From: an uncultured Christensenellaceae bacterium
GTDB taxonomy: Bacteria; Bacillota; Clostridia; Christensenellales; CAG-314
Reading direction: 5' to 3'
Assembly (NCBI GenBank): GCA_910585195.1
Contig: CAJUCX010000008.1
Span: 503-64,502, forward strand
DNA: 64,000 nucleotides
The notes below the pieces were generated by a model. It worked only from the letters and a program-made list of their open reading frames with translations. It made no database searches and was not told the DNA's origin. The position numbers and the translations under genes were made by a program. Positions 53,733 through 62,717 of this stretch are shown piece after piece (the stretch's first letter is position 1; every line of letters starts with the position of its first letter).

Positions 53733-55364
53733 ATGATAAAAAATTATGACTCACCAATGCCAAACTGCTTAATTCAACTTAGAAAGAAAAATAAAATGCC
53801 TTCCCTCTTTATTGGCGCAGGCATTTGTAGAAGATATATTAAAGATTACCCCAATTGGAATGAGCTACTGTCATCTCTTGCTTCTAGTTGTGGCATCGGT
53901 AAACTTGAACAAGAATTAATACTACAAAAAATTCAGTTTCAAAATCAAGACTGTACTCCTGCGGAGCAAAAACAAAAGTTTGCCTCAATAATTGAGCATC
54001 GTTTTATTGAACTAATAAGTAACACAAAGAATTTTGATAAGTTTTTTAATGAAGAAGAACAACAAGAAATAATAGAAAATCATACATCTCCCTTTAAGTA
54101 TTTTATTGCAAAACAATTTCAAAATATAAAAATTAAAAACGATAAAACCTACTATAAGACAGAGATTGAGCAACTAAAAAAATTAAAATTTAATGCTCGC
54201 ACTGTTATTACCACCAATTATGACAAATTCTTGGAAGACTATATTTTTGAAAATGACTTTGAAGTATTTACTTCCCAAGAATCTATGTACTTGCCTAGTT
54301 GTAATGGCTATGGTGAAATATATAAAATTCATGGCAGTGTTGATGAGCCTAACAATATTATATTAACTGAAGAAGACTATCAAAAATTTGACAAGCAAAA
54401 TAAACTTACTGTAGGAAAAATCTTAACGATATTAACAGAATCACCAATGATATTTTTAGGTTATTCTTTGACTGACGAAAATGTTAAAAACATTTTATTA
54501 TCCTTATTTGAGAGCCTAAATGATAAAACAAGAGAAATCGTAACTAAAAATATTATAATAGTACAACATGTTAATGGATTAAAGGCATTAAACGAATCAA
54601 CAAAATATTTTTATTGCGGAAGTAGTCAAATTGCTATCACTTGTATTGAAACAGATAACTTTACAAAACTCTTTAGATGGCTGTCTTCTTTTCAACCAAC
54701 TGCTCGTCCAAGAGAAATCAGAAAATTTAGACAGATGGTAAAAGAAATTGTTGATAATCAATATGACTCCATCCCTGTGGCATTGCAAATGCTAGCATTA
54801 TTAAAAGACGATGATGCAAAAAACATTATAGCCTTTACGCAAACTGCCATCATTGACAACATACCCAACTCAACACAAAAGCCTATTGCTTATAATTTAG
54901 AACGAGGTTCTCTTCCTTATGAAAAAACCGAGTTATTATTAGAATCACTTTATCAAACAAGTAATTATGACGCTGACCAAATAGTTAATCATTGGTATAT
55001 GTCACCATACCATAGTGAGAAATTTTACACAGGTATTATTTATTTCTATAATAAATTAGATAAGGATAAAATATCAGCTGAAGCAAAAGAAAAAGTAAAA
55101 CATCACTTTAATGCAATAGAAGAAACAAAAAGACGGTTAAGCAAAAAGAAACTACCAATTTTTGATGATAAACAAGATTTACAAACTCAAGTCAATAACA
55201 CTGTCATGAGTAAACAATATGAAGCAATTCAATTGGCATTACTAAATAAAACTATAACCAAAGATAAAGTTAGAACTTTTATTCAAAAACTTTACGAAAA
55301 AGATAATACTATTCTAAATAATACAGGAATTAAAAAAATTATAGAATTCTTAGAACTAGAATAA
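53733..55364 (+). CDS. SIR2-like (SIR2_2 family) protein with unassigned C-terminal half; candidate anti-phage effector
   Basis: PSLFIGAGICRRYIKDYPNWNELL, VITTNYDKFLEDY, IYKIHGSVDEPNNIILTEEDY and IFLGYSLTDENV match the defence-type SIR2 signature (GAG, TTNYD, HGS, GYS). Residues ~300-543 are unrecognised. ATG 53733 lies 8 nt after AAGGA. Confidence 0.7.
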   Translation: MIKNYDSPMPNCLIQLRKKNKMPSLFIGAGICRRYIKDYPNWNELLSSLASSCGIGKLEQELILQKIQFQNQDCTPAEQKQKFASIIEHRFIELISNTKNFDKFFNEEEQQEIIENHTSPFKYFIAKQFQNIKIKNDKTYYKTEIEQLKKLKFNARTVITTNYDKFLEDYIFENDFEVFTSQESMYLPSCNGYGEIYKIHGSVDEPNNIILTEEDYQKFDKQNKLTVGKILTILTESPMIFLGYSLTDENVKNILLSLFESLNDKTREIVTKNIIIVQHVNGLKALNESTKYFYCGSSQIAITCIETDNFTKLFRWLSSFQPTARPREIRKFRQMVKEIVDNQYDSIPVALQMLALLKDDDAKNIIAFTQTAIIDNIPNSTQKPIAYNLERGSLPYEKTELLLESLYQTSNYDADQIVNHWYMSPYHSEKFYTGIIYFYNKLDKDKISAEAKEKVKHHFNAIEETKRRLSKKKLPIFDDKQDLQTQVNNTVMSKQYEAIQLALLNKTITKDKVRTFIQKLYEKDNTILNNTGIKKIIEFLELE

Positions 55365-55559
55365 AATATATGCGAGTTTAATGCACTTCCCCCTTCTTCA
55401 GTTGGGTTACATCAAACTCGCACGCCTGTCAATATAATATCTTTATTGACTATAGAATTGTACTCAATTCTTAGTTAAATTATAACCTTAGTACTAAAAA
55501 TGTCAACTGTTTGTTGAAAATTTAATGCATTTTTAGAATATAAAAATATTTTAGAAATT

Positions 55560-56642
55560 ATGGCAAGTTTTGAAAAAGGAAAAAACGGAAAATGGTCTGT
55601 GCGCTTTCGCACTATCGAAGGCGGCGCCGTCATACAAAAAAGATTAAGCGGCTTTTCGTCAAAGCGAGATGCCGACGCTGCCTATATAAATTATTTGGCA
55701 GAACACCCAAGCGAAGAAAAAAAACTGCCGAATGACTTGACAGTTGACGAACTCTACGTCTTTTATCAAAATTTTATATCAAAGCGAAACAAAGAAACTT
55801 CAGTAACAACAATTTGCAGCACGTTGGAAAAATTCGCCCTACCGTTTTTCAAGGGCAAAAAAGTTCGCAAATTAAAATCCGTTGATATTGTAAACTGGCA
55901 AAACTATTTACTGTCGCAGGGCAAATCCCAACAATACTGCATCAAAATTTTTGCGTACTTTAACACAATGTTAAACTTCGGTGAAAAATACTACGACTTG
56001 CCAAATATCGCTCGACGCGTCGGCAATTTTAAGCGCACGCAAAAACCGCGTCAAATGCAAGTCTGGACTGAATCCGAATTTAAGCAGTTTATTGTTTCTG
56101 TTGAAAACCTGACTTACAAAACGCTTTTTTCTTTTCTCTACTTGACCGGCTGCAGAAAAGGCGAAGCGCTTGCTCTGTCTTGGTCTGATATAAATTTGGA
56201 CAGCGGAATAGTACATATTGAAAAACATTGTGATTTTCATGTTAAAGGCGAACCTTACAAAATTTTTGATACGCCTAAAAACCTATATTCAATACGAGAC
56301 GTCTACTTGCCAAATAACTTGATAGAATTATTAAAACAGCATAAAACAGCACAAAAAGCAAAGGAAAGTGATTTTGTCTTTTGCGGCAAAGCCCCTTTGC
56401 CGGCGGAAACCATAAGGCGCGAATTCCACCGCTATTCAGACCTTGCAGGTGTAAAGCGTATCCGCATCCACGACCTGCGCCACTCGCACGCAAGTTTTTT
56501 AATAAGCAAAGGTCAAGACATTGTAACAGTTGCCCACCGTTTGGGACACAAGGACATTGTTCAAACGCTGAATACTTACTCGCACTTTATGCCGAATAAG
56601 CAGAAAGAAATGCTTGACGTAATGGACTTTGATATTGAATAA
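55560..56642 (+). CDS. int: Tyrosine-type site-specific integrase
   Basis: N-terminal SAM-like domain. Catalytic region TGCRKGEALAL...HDLRHSHASFL...LGHKDIVQTLNTYSH. Confidence 0.92.
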   Translation: MASFEKGKNGKWSVRFRTIEGGAVIQKRLSGFSSKRDADAAYINYLAEHPSEEKKLPNDLTVDELYVFYQNFISKRNKETSVTTICSTLEKFALPFFKGKKVRKLKSVDIVNWQNYLLSQGKSQQYCIKIFAYFNTMLNFGEKYYDLPNIARRVGNFKRTQKPRQMQVWTESEFKQFIVSVENLTYKTLFSFLYLTGCRKGEALALSWSDINLDSGIVHIEKHCDFHVKGEPYKIFDTPKNLYSIRDVYLPNNLIELLKQHKTAQKAKESDFVFCGKAPLPAETIRREFHRYSDLAGVKRIRIHDLRHSHASFLISKGQDIVTVAHRLGHKDIVQTLNTYSHFMPNKQKEMLDVMDFDIE

Positions 56643-56770
56643 TTGGTGTAGATAAAAGTCATCTTTTAGAGTAATTTTAAGATACAAGATTCACACAAAA
56701 ATGCAAGTAAATTTGACTAAAAAAGTATATAAAAAATCGGTCACATTTTGGGCACGAAACTAACAAAAAT

Positions 56771-56820
56771 ACGGCAAAACTAGCAAAAAATAGCCGAAAT
56801 ATAGCCAAAAACACCCGAAA
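56771..56820. promoter_or_regulatory. Candidate arm-type integrase/excisionase binding repeats
   Basis: Tandem acggcaaaac / tagcaaaaaa / tagccgaaat / atagccaaaa / acacccgaaa, 30-80 nt inside attR. Confidence 0.4.
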
Positions 56821-56848
56821 TTTACGATAAAAAAAAGATAACTTGCGA

Positions 56849-56865
56849 TCCTGTTATCCGCACCA
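56849..56865. repeat. attR core (17-bp direct repeat)
   Basis: tcctgttatccgcacca. A host hairpin aatagccttgtcg-ataa-cgacaaggctatt (likely the original tRNA terminator) follows about 55 nt downstream (~56920-56948). Confidence 0.85.
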
Positions 56866-57146
56866 GTAATGCAAGGGGTTAAACCCTCTGCGTTAAACCA
56901 ATAATAGCCTTGTCGATAACGACAAGGCTATTGACTAATTAAAGATTCAAACTTTTATCATATTTATATATTATCAAAAAGCCACAAAGTATTGTGGTTT
57001 TTTTGTTACAAATTTACCCTATTATCTTTAATTCACTATACAAATTTTGCAACAATTTTGCCGTTGCGATTCAATGCAAACTTTTGTTATATATTGAAAA
57101 TTTATTTTGACTGTGCTATAATTTAATATCGATAAGGAGGTGCAAT

Positions 57147-57434
57147 ATGACAAAAGAAGAATTAAATATAGAAAGACAAATAAAAAAATTAGTCGTGATA
57201 AATACTGTTTCATCATCTATTGCGCTATGCTGTGCCGTTGTAGGTTTAATACTTAACATTTTGCTGAGAGTAACCGACCTGTCGGCAAACGGAGTATTGG
57301 TATTTATCCTTGCCATATTCCTTTGCGTTTTAGGTGCGATTTCCGTTGTAGGTATGTTTATAACTTGGTATAAACTTCGCAACATAAAAAAGCAACTGCC
57401 TGCGGACGATGAAATATATAAGGAAGAAAAATAA
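57147..57434 (+). CDS. Small membrane protein
   Basis: 95 aa, two TM helices, AAGGAGG RBS. Confidence 0.6.
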   Translation: MTKEELNIERQIKKLVVINTVSSSIALCCAVVGLILNILLRVTDLSANGVLVFILAIFLCVLGAISVVGMFITWYKLRNIKKQLPADDEIYKEEK

Positions 57435-57533
57435 TTCCGTCAAAAGGCGCAAAAATGCTTTTCAAAATTTTTTTGCGTGATATACTATTAAATAATCGTT
57501 TAGATAAAAAGCCAAATTACGGAGGAAAAAATT

Positions 57534-58019
57534 ATGGATAAAAAAGTAGCAAATTTGCTTAACGACCAAATCAACAAAGAATTGTATTCCGCATATTTGT
57601 ATTTGGATTTTTCCAACTACTATGCAGAAGAAGGTCTTGAAGGATTTTCCAACTGGTATTACATACAGGCTCGCGAAGAACGCGAACACGCAGAAAAAAT
57701 CCTTAAATATTTGAAAGACAGCGGAGAAAAAGTTACGCTTGAAGCAATCGCAAAACCTGACAAAAAGTTGACTTCATTAAAGACACCTATCGAAGAGGCA
57801 AGCAAACACGAAAAATACGTAACAAGCCTTATTTACAACATTTATGAAGCGGCAAGCGTAGCAAAAGACTATCGCACAATGCACTTCCTTGACTGGTTTA
57901 TCAACGAGCAAGGCGAAGAAGAAAGCACGGCAGAAAGCCTTGTAAAGAAATTTGAATTGTTCGGCAACGATGCAAAATCTCTTTACGAACTTGACAAAGA
58001 ATTGCTTTCACGCAAATAA
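57534..58019 (+). CDS. Ferritin (non-haem, Ftn-type)
   Basis: LLNDQINKELYSAYLYLDFSNYY...REEREHAEKILKYL...FLDWFINEQGEEE. Confidence 0.88.
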   Translation: MDKKVANLLNDQINKELYSAYLYLDFSNYYAEEGLEGFSNWYYIQAREEREHAEKILKYLKDSGEKVTLEAIAKPDKKLTSLKTPIEEASKHEKYVTSLIYNIYEAASVAKDYRTMHFLDWFINEQGEEESTAESLVKKFELFGNDAKSLYELDKELLSRK

Positions 58020-58032
58020 TTTTAATTAAAAC

Positions 58033-58071
58033 AAAAAAAACTCCGCAACGATTGCGTTGCGGAGTTTTTTA
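58033..58071. terminator. Bidirectional terminator after the ferritin gene
   Basis: aaaaaaaa-ctccgcaacg-attg-cgttgcggag-tttttt. Confidence 0.8.
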
Positions 58072-58170
58072 TTATTAAAATATCGATATTATTTTTTTAT
58101 AAATTATTTTGAAGTAAACGTAATGCAAAACTTTATTGCTTTGCCATTTTATTAAAACGGTTTATAAATC

Positions 58171-59085
58171 TTATTTTACAAACCTACCGTAAACTTCCGA
58201 TACGGATTCAAAATAGGCAAAGGTATCGGGATACGGTTTGATGATTCTTTGCAGTTCTGCAATTTGGCGTTTGCGAATTATGCATACAAGCATGCTTCTG
58301 CCTTCTTTGGAATACATCCCCTCTGCCGAAATCTTTGTAACGCCACGGTGCAATTTTGCCATTATTTCTTCCGCAAGTTTTTCAGGGTCATTGGTTATTA
58401 TTTCAAATTTATATGCCGTTTTGAAGCCCTGCAAAATTACGTCGCTTACTTTGCTTGTAAAGAACAACGAAACAAGCGCCAAAAGCACAGGGTCGAGTTT
58501 TGCGGTAAAACTTGCGCCTTGATTGTATACAAAGAAAGAAGCCACCACTACTATGCCGTCAAACACCGCCGTCAAGCCGCTTATGCTTAAATTGCTGTAT
58601 TTTTTATTTACTAACGTTGCCAATACCGTCATTCCGCCGGAAGTTCCGCAAGCACGCAGCATTATTACAAGCGCAACGCCAAACATAATGCCGCCTGCAA
58701 CCGCAGCAAGCAAACCGCCGCTTTCAGGCACGTATTGATAAGGAGAAATCGCTTCGTTTATGGCAGGAATATCCATAAGTATCAACAACAGAGAACTAAA
58801 CAGCATCGACGCAGTAGAAACTATTGCTTCCCTTTTGCCCAAAAAGAAAAAGGCAATAAAGAACAGCGGAATATTTATTGCAAACAACCACCAACCGGAG
58901 TTGATTTTCGTCAAATATTCCAACATAACGGCAATACCGTTTGTGCCGCCCGGCGCAAAATTGTTTGGCAAAACGAATATATAAATGCCTATGGCACGCA
59001 GTATGCCGGAAAATATAACAGGCAAAACAGAGTAAATCATTACTTTGCCTAAACTTTTCCAAAATTTTCTTGCTTTTTCTTTCAC
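58171..59085 (-). CDS. YitT-family membrane protein (DUF2179 C-terminal domain)
   Basis: 304 aa. N-terminal polytopic region with GGTNGIAV and a C-terminal soluble domain (VTKISAEGMYSKEGRSMLVCIIRKRQIAELQRII). Confidence 0.75.
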   Translation of the reverse strand: MKEKARKFWKSLGKVMIYSVLPVIFSGILRAIGIYIFVLPNNFAPGGTNGIAVMLEYLTKINSGWWLFAINIPLFFIAFFFLGKREAIVSTASMLFSSLLLILMDIPAINEAISPYQYVPESGGLLAAVAGGIMFGVALVIMLRACGTSGGMTVLATLVNKKYSNLSISGLTAVFDGIVVVASFFVYNQGASFTAKLDPVLLALVSLFFTSKVSDVILQGFKTAYKFEIITNDPEKLAEEIMAKLHRGVTKISAEGMYSKEGRSMLVCIIRKRQIAELQRIIKPYPDTFAYFESVSEVYGRFVK

Positions 59086-59271
59086 AGTGAATCTCTCTTA
59101 CAAATATTTTATAAAAATTATAAAAATTTTAGCATAATAACAATAAATTGGCAATGGAATTTTTTAGGCGATTATTTAATCTGTATTATAATTTCCATCA
59201 AATTTCATAGCTTATTACATAAAAATCAGGCAAAGTGTACCAAAAAAGTCAAGAGAAATCTCTTGACTAAA

Positions 59272-59347
59272 TGGAGCTGATGGGCGGATTCGAACCGCCG
59301 ACCTATTCATTACGAGTGAATCGCTCTGCCAACTGAGCTACATCAGC
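59272..59347 (-). tRNA. tRNA-Thr (anticodon CGT)
   Basis: The reverse complement folds as GCTGATG-TA-GCTCAGTTGGCAGAGC..ATTCA-CTCGTAA-TGAAT..GGCGGTTCGAATCCGCC-CATCAGC-T-CCA. Confidence 0.88.
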
Positions 59348-59524
59348 AAATATGCATCAAATTAAGACACTGACATATTTATAGCACAACAAAATGTTTT
59401 AGTCAATTGATTTGCCCTTTTCAAATATAAACTGCATTAAAAATATCAGTCGTTGCTTTTTTCATAAACAACATTTTCACTCAAATTGTCGCTATGGAAT
59501 ATGATAAAATAAGGAAGTGATTTT

Positions 59525-59713
59525 GTGTATTACGGCAATAGACATTACAGAAATAATTGCGATTGCGGTTTTGACCCGTGCAGACCGGAACCTCATTGCA
59601 GACCGCAAAAGCCTTGCAAACATTCTTCCAGGCAGCCGCATTGTTGCATAGAACTCAGATGTGAACCTTTCAGCGGCAGACCACCGGAAATTAAATTTGA
59701 AATTAAATTATAA
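59525..59713 (+). CDS. Cys/Pro/Arg-rich small protein
   Basis: 62 aa, GTG start behind AAGGAAG, followed by the hairpin aactcggtttaaccgagtt + T-run. Function unknown. Confidence 0.4.
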   Translation: MYYGNRHYRNNCDCGFDPCRPEPHCRPQKPCKHSSRQPHCCIELRCEPFSGRPPEIKFEIKL

Positions 59714-59887
59714 CAACTCGGTTTAACCGAGTTGTTTTTTTGACATAAAATTTTATATTACAGTGATTTATTATTTTGAAATAAATTATCTCAAAAGTTT
59801 ACTGACAAAATAAGTTACGTTGCGATATTTTTTTTAATAATTACTTTCAATATATTCTGCCGTTGTATCAGGCGATAGCTAATTTGT

Positions 59888-60367
59888 TTATTGCTCCTTA
59901 ATTTTACATACGTCAATCCACTGTTTTGCCATAGAATACTCAAATAATTTGTCCAGACTTAATTCTATCGCAGAGTTACTGCTGCCGCAAGCGGGAAACA
60001 CGGTTTCAAACCGCTTTAACGACTCATCCAAAAATACTTGCGTGCCGTCGGGATTTGCAAACGGACAAACACCGCCGATTTGGTGCCCCGTAAAAACTTC
60101 CACTTCTTCGGCAAAAAGCATTTTTGCCTTATAACCGAAAAAACCTTTGAATTTGCCGTTGTCTACTTTTACATCCCCTGCCGCAACGATAAGTATGCAT
60201 TTATCTTCGTCGGGTACCTTAAATGACAGCGTCTTTGCTATTCTTGCAGGCTCCACGCCCAAAGCCTGTGCGGCAAGTTCAACAGTTGCGCTGGATTGAT
60301 TAAACTCCAACACGTTGCCGTCGACGCCGAATTTGCTTAAATATTGTTTTACTTTATCTATTGCCAT
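59888..60367 (-). CDS. YbaK/EbsC-family aminoacyl-tRNA deacylase domain protein
   Basis: 159 aa. ARIAKTLSFKV...ILIVAAGDVKVDNGKFK...FTGHQIGGVCPFA. Confidence 0.75.
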   Translation of the reverse strand: MAIDKVKQYLSKFGVDGNVLEFNQSSATVELAAQALGVEPARIAKTLSFKVPDEDKCILIVAAGDVKVDNGKFKGFFGYKAKMLFAEEVEVFTGHQIGGVCPFANPDGTQVFLDESLKRFETVFPACGSSNSAIELSLDKLFEYSMAKQWIDVCKIKEQ

Positions 60368-60443
60368 AATATTCTCCTTATATTTGTAGAAACTATTTTA
60401 ACACAAAACTTCAAATAATCAAAATTTTACAATAACACTGATA

Positions 60444-61919
60444 TCAGATTTTTAGAGACTTCGTCGCAAGATTTTTTACGAAAGCGGCGTCGTGTTCTAC
60501 AAACAGCATTGTGGCATTTGAGTTTTTTAGCAAGTCTTCGATTTGAATTCTCGAAATTACGTCAATATAATTAAGCGGCTCGTCCCAAATATATAAATTT
60601 GCTTCTTCACACAGACTTTTTGCAATAAGCACTTTTTTCTTTTGCCCTGCGCTGAAACCGTCGATAGCGCTTTCGAATTGTTTTCTGTCAAAACCGAGTT
60701 TTATAAGCATTGTAAAAAACTTTGTTTGGTTTATGCCGTTTTCTCTTGCAAAGTCTGTGAGAGTACCGCACAACCAATCGTAGTTTTGGCTGACATAAGA
60801 TAGTTTCAATCGCGCGCTTTTGTATATTGTACCGGTAAACTTTACGTCTTGCCCTGCAATTATTTTAAGCAGCGTAGACTTGCCGCTGCCGTTTCGACCG
60901 CAGATAGCAACTTTATCTCCGTTTTCCACACAAAAACTAACGCCGTCAAATATCTTTTTATTTCCGTAAAAACCTGCCAGATTTTTTACTTCCAACACGA
61001 CTCCTTTATTTTCTCGCGCCGTCAAAAAGATTTCTTCCCGTTTGTCTACGTTTTGCAGTAATTTGGTCTTTTCTTCTATTGCTTTGGTCCGGCGCAATTC
61101 TATCGCCTTACTGCGCTTTGCCATTTTTGCCGCCTTGTGCCCTATTGCACCCTTGTCGGGTCTTAAACCTGCAATGCGTGTGCCGTTTTTTGTGCTTTCT
61201 ACCTTGTCGGACCACCTTTGAGTTTGCGCAACGCATTCTTCAAGACGCGCGATGTCTTTTTTTAACTTCTTATTTTGAGCCTGCTCGAAACTGTCCTGAT
61301 TTTGCTTATTGCACCACCAAGAAGAAAAATTGCCTTTTTGAACTTCTATGGTTTTTTTGTTTATTGAAATTATATGGTCTACGCAGTTGTCGATAAATTC
61401 TCTGTCGTGAGAAACAACGATAAACCCTCTTTGTCGGCTTAAAAAATTTTGAACGCAAAGTCTGCTGTCAAAATCCAAATGGTTTGTCGGCTCGTCAATC
61501 AATAAAAAGTTGCTGTCCTTAGTAAACAAAACCGCAAGCAAAATTTTTGTCTGCTGACCGCTTGAAAGCGTATCGAATTGCTGATACAAACAGTGTTCTT
61601 CTACGCTCAACTCGTTTAGATTTTTCATAACTTCCCAAAGTTCATAGTCGGGATAAACTTCCGACAAAACGTCAAGCGTCGTCGTATGTTTGTTTTTTAA
61701 TTCATAAGGAAAATAGTCAAAGTTTACCCCGCAGGCAATTTTTACGCCGTAGTGAAATTTGCCCGAAAGCAAACGTAACAGAGTTGTTTTGCCCCTGCCG
61801 TTCCTGCCGATTAAACCGATTTTCCAATTAGTATCAAAAGAAAAACTTGCGTCTTCAAACACGTTTTCTCTTGCTCCGTCGTAAGCAAAAGTCAAATGCT
61901 GTATATTTATTTGTGCCAT
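60444..61919 (-). CDS. ABC-F family ATPase (ribosomal-protection / ARE-like architecture)
   Basis: Two NBDs (GRNGRGKTT..LSSGQQTK..LLIDEPTNHLD and GRNGSGKST..FSAGQKKK..YIWDEPLNYID) joined by a charged linker, with no TMD. 491 aa. Confidence 0.85.
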   Translation of the reverse strand: MAQINIQHLTFAYDGARENVFEDASFSFDTNWKIGLIGRNGRGKTTLLRLLSGKFHYGVKIACGVNFDYFPYELKNKHTTTLDVLSEVYPDYELWEVMKNLNELSVEEHCLYQQFDTLSSGQQTKILLAVLFTKDSNFLLIDEPTNHLDFDSRLCVQNFLSRQRGFIVVSHDREFIDNCVDHIISINKKTIEVQKGNFSSWWCNKQNQDSFEQAQNKKLKKDIARLEECVAQTQRWSDKVESTKNGTRIAGLRPDKGAIGHKAAKMAKRSKAIELRRTKAIEEKTKLLQNVDKREEIFLTARENKGVVLEVKNLAGFYGNKKIFDGVSFCVENGDKVAICGRNGSGKSTLLKIIAGQDVKFTGTIYKSARLKLSYVSQNYDWLCGTLTDFARENGINQTKFFTMLIKLGFDRKQFESAIDGFSAGQKKKVLIAKSLCEEANLYIWDEPLNYIDVISRIQIEDLLKNSNATMLFVEHDAAFVKNLATKSLKI

Positions 61920-61931
61920 AATATGCCTCCT

Positions 61932-62101
61932 GATAAAAAATAAACCGCAAGGAAATTTCCTTACGGCTTTTTTTTAGAATATTATTTAACTCTAATAAAA
62001 ACTTGTTTCGATAACTTCCTTGCTTTGGCAACAAAAAAGAAATCGCAATTATTTTACGTTTTTGTTGCGCATTATAAATTGTTAACAAAACAAATTTTCA
62101 T
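61932..62101 (-). promoter_or_regulatory. Leader peptide + intrinsic terminator (attenuator) upstream of the ABC-F gene
   Basis: Minus strand: AAAGGAG-N6-ATG AAA ATT TGT TTT GTT AAC AAT TTA TAA (MKICFVNNL, 62072-62101). Then aaaaaaaagccgtaagg-aaattt-ccttgcggtttatttttt (61932-61976) directly before the ABC-F RBS. Confidence 0.6.
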
Positions 62102-62139
62102 CGTTATCTCCTTTATTTGTCAAAAAAATTACTTGCTAA

Positions 62140-62500
62140 CGCTGCGTAATTCTTTTTGGTCTGCGGTGTGCTACCGCACTGTTTTGTTTTGAAATAAGCG
62201 CGCATATGTCAAAACGGAATTGACGCGTAGCGGCTCTTTGTAACAAAAAACTTGCGGTTATTTTAAGATATTGCTACAAACTTAAATACTTGGCTTGTAA
62301 ATAAGTTTACTTATTTGCAAGCAAAATGCGCATTTTATGCGCCCCATAAATCAAAAGCGCAACCGACATAGTCGGAAATTTTCTTTTGCAAGTGATGTAC
62401 TTGCCGCACTGTTTTGTTTTGAAATAAGCACGCATATATCAAAACGGAATGGACGCAGAGCGTCTCTTTGTAACAAAAAAATTTCTCGTCGCAAACTTAA
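62140..62500. repeat. Intergenic repeat family, copies D/E, including a ~77-nt direct repeat (62174-62250 and 62404-62480)
   Basis: ccgcactgttttgttttgaaataagcRcgcatatRtcaaaacggaat.gacgc..agcg..tctttgtaacaaaaaa occurs twice. The palindrome cttgtaaataagtttacttatttgcaag lies at 62294-62321. Confidence 0.75.
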
Positions 62501-62560
62501 ATATGCCACTATGTAAACAATACTCTAAGTAAATGCACAAATGCGGAAATTTTTTTGAAT

Positions 62561-62635
62561 TGGAGCGGAGGACGGGAGTCGAACCCGCGGGAACCGGCTT
62601 GGGAAGCCGGCGCACTACCGTTATGCGACCTCCGC
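62561..62635 (-). tRNA. tRNA-Gly (anticodon CCC)
   Basis: Reverse complement: GCGGAGG-T-CGCATAACGGTAGTGC-G-CCGGC-TTCCCAA-GCCGG-TTCC-CGCGGGTTCGACTCCCGT-CCTCCGC-T-CCA. Confidence 0.88.
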
Positions 62636-62717
62636 AAAGTGCCATATTATTTTAACACAAAAAAAATAAAAGGCAAAGCAAATACTTTGCCTTTTATTAT
62701 CGATTATTGCAAAGTTT

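Larger units (their letters stand above)
22595..56865. mobile_element. Integrated temperate prophage (~34.3 kb), tRNA-Leu(CAG)-targeting
   Basis: Bounded by 17-bp direct repeats. Contains a tyrosine integrase, a cI/Cro switch, replication, packaging, head and fibre genes, nearly all on the minus strand. Confidence 0.9.

Noticed and set aside
53733-55364. Calling the SIR2 protein Thoeris ThsA or DSR2
   Set aside because: There is no TIR (ThsB) gene in the window and I saw no recognisable SLOG-like C-terminus. The length is about half that of DSR proteins. I kept it as an unclassified SIR2-like candidate.
22612-56848. Search for a reverse transcriptase, retron, DGR or CBASS/TIR/cyclase components in the prophage
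   Set aside because: No ORF shows RT (YxDD), cyclase, TIR, HerA or Argonaute motifs. The only defence-type enzymatic signature I could see is the SIR2-like gene.
61855-62088. 77-aa minus-strand ORF upstream of the ABC-F gene
   Set aside because: It overlaps the ABC-F start and runs through the terminator hairpin with no RBS. The region is better explained by the 9-codon leader peptide plus attenuator.
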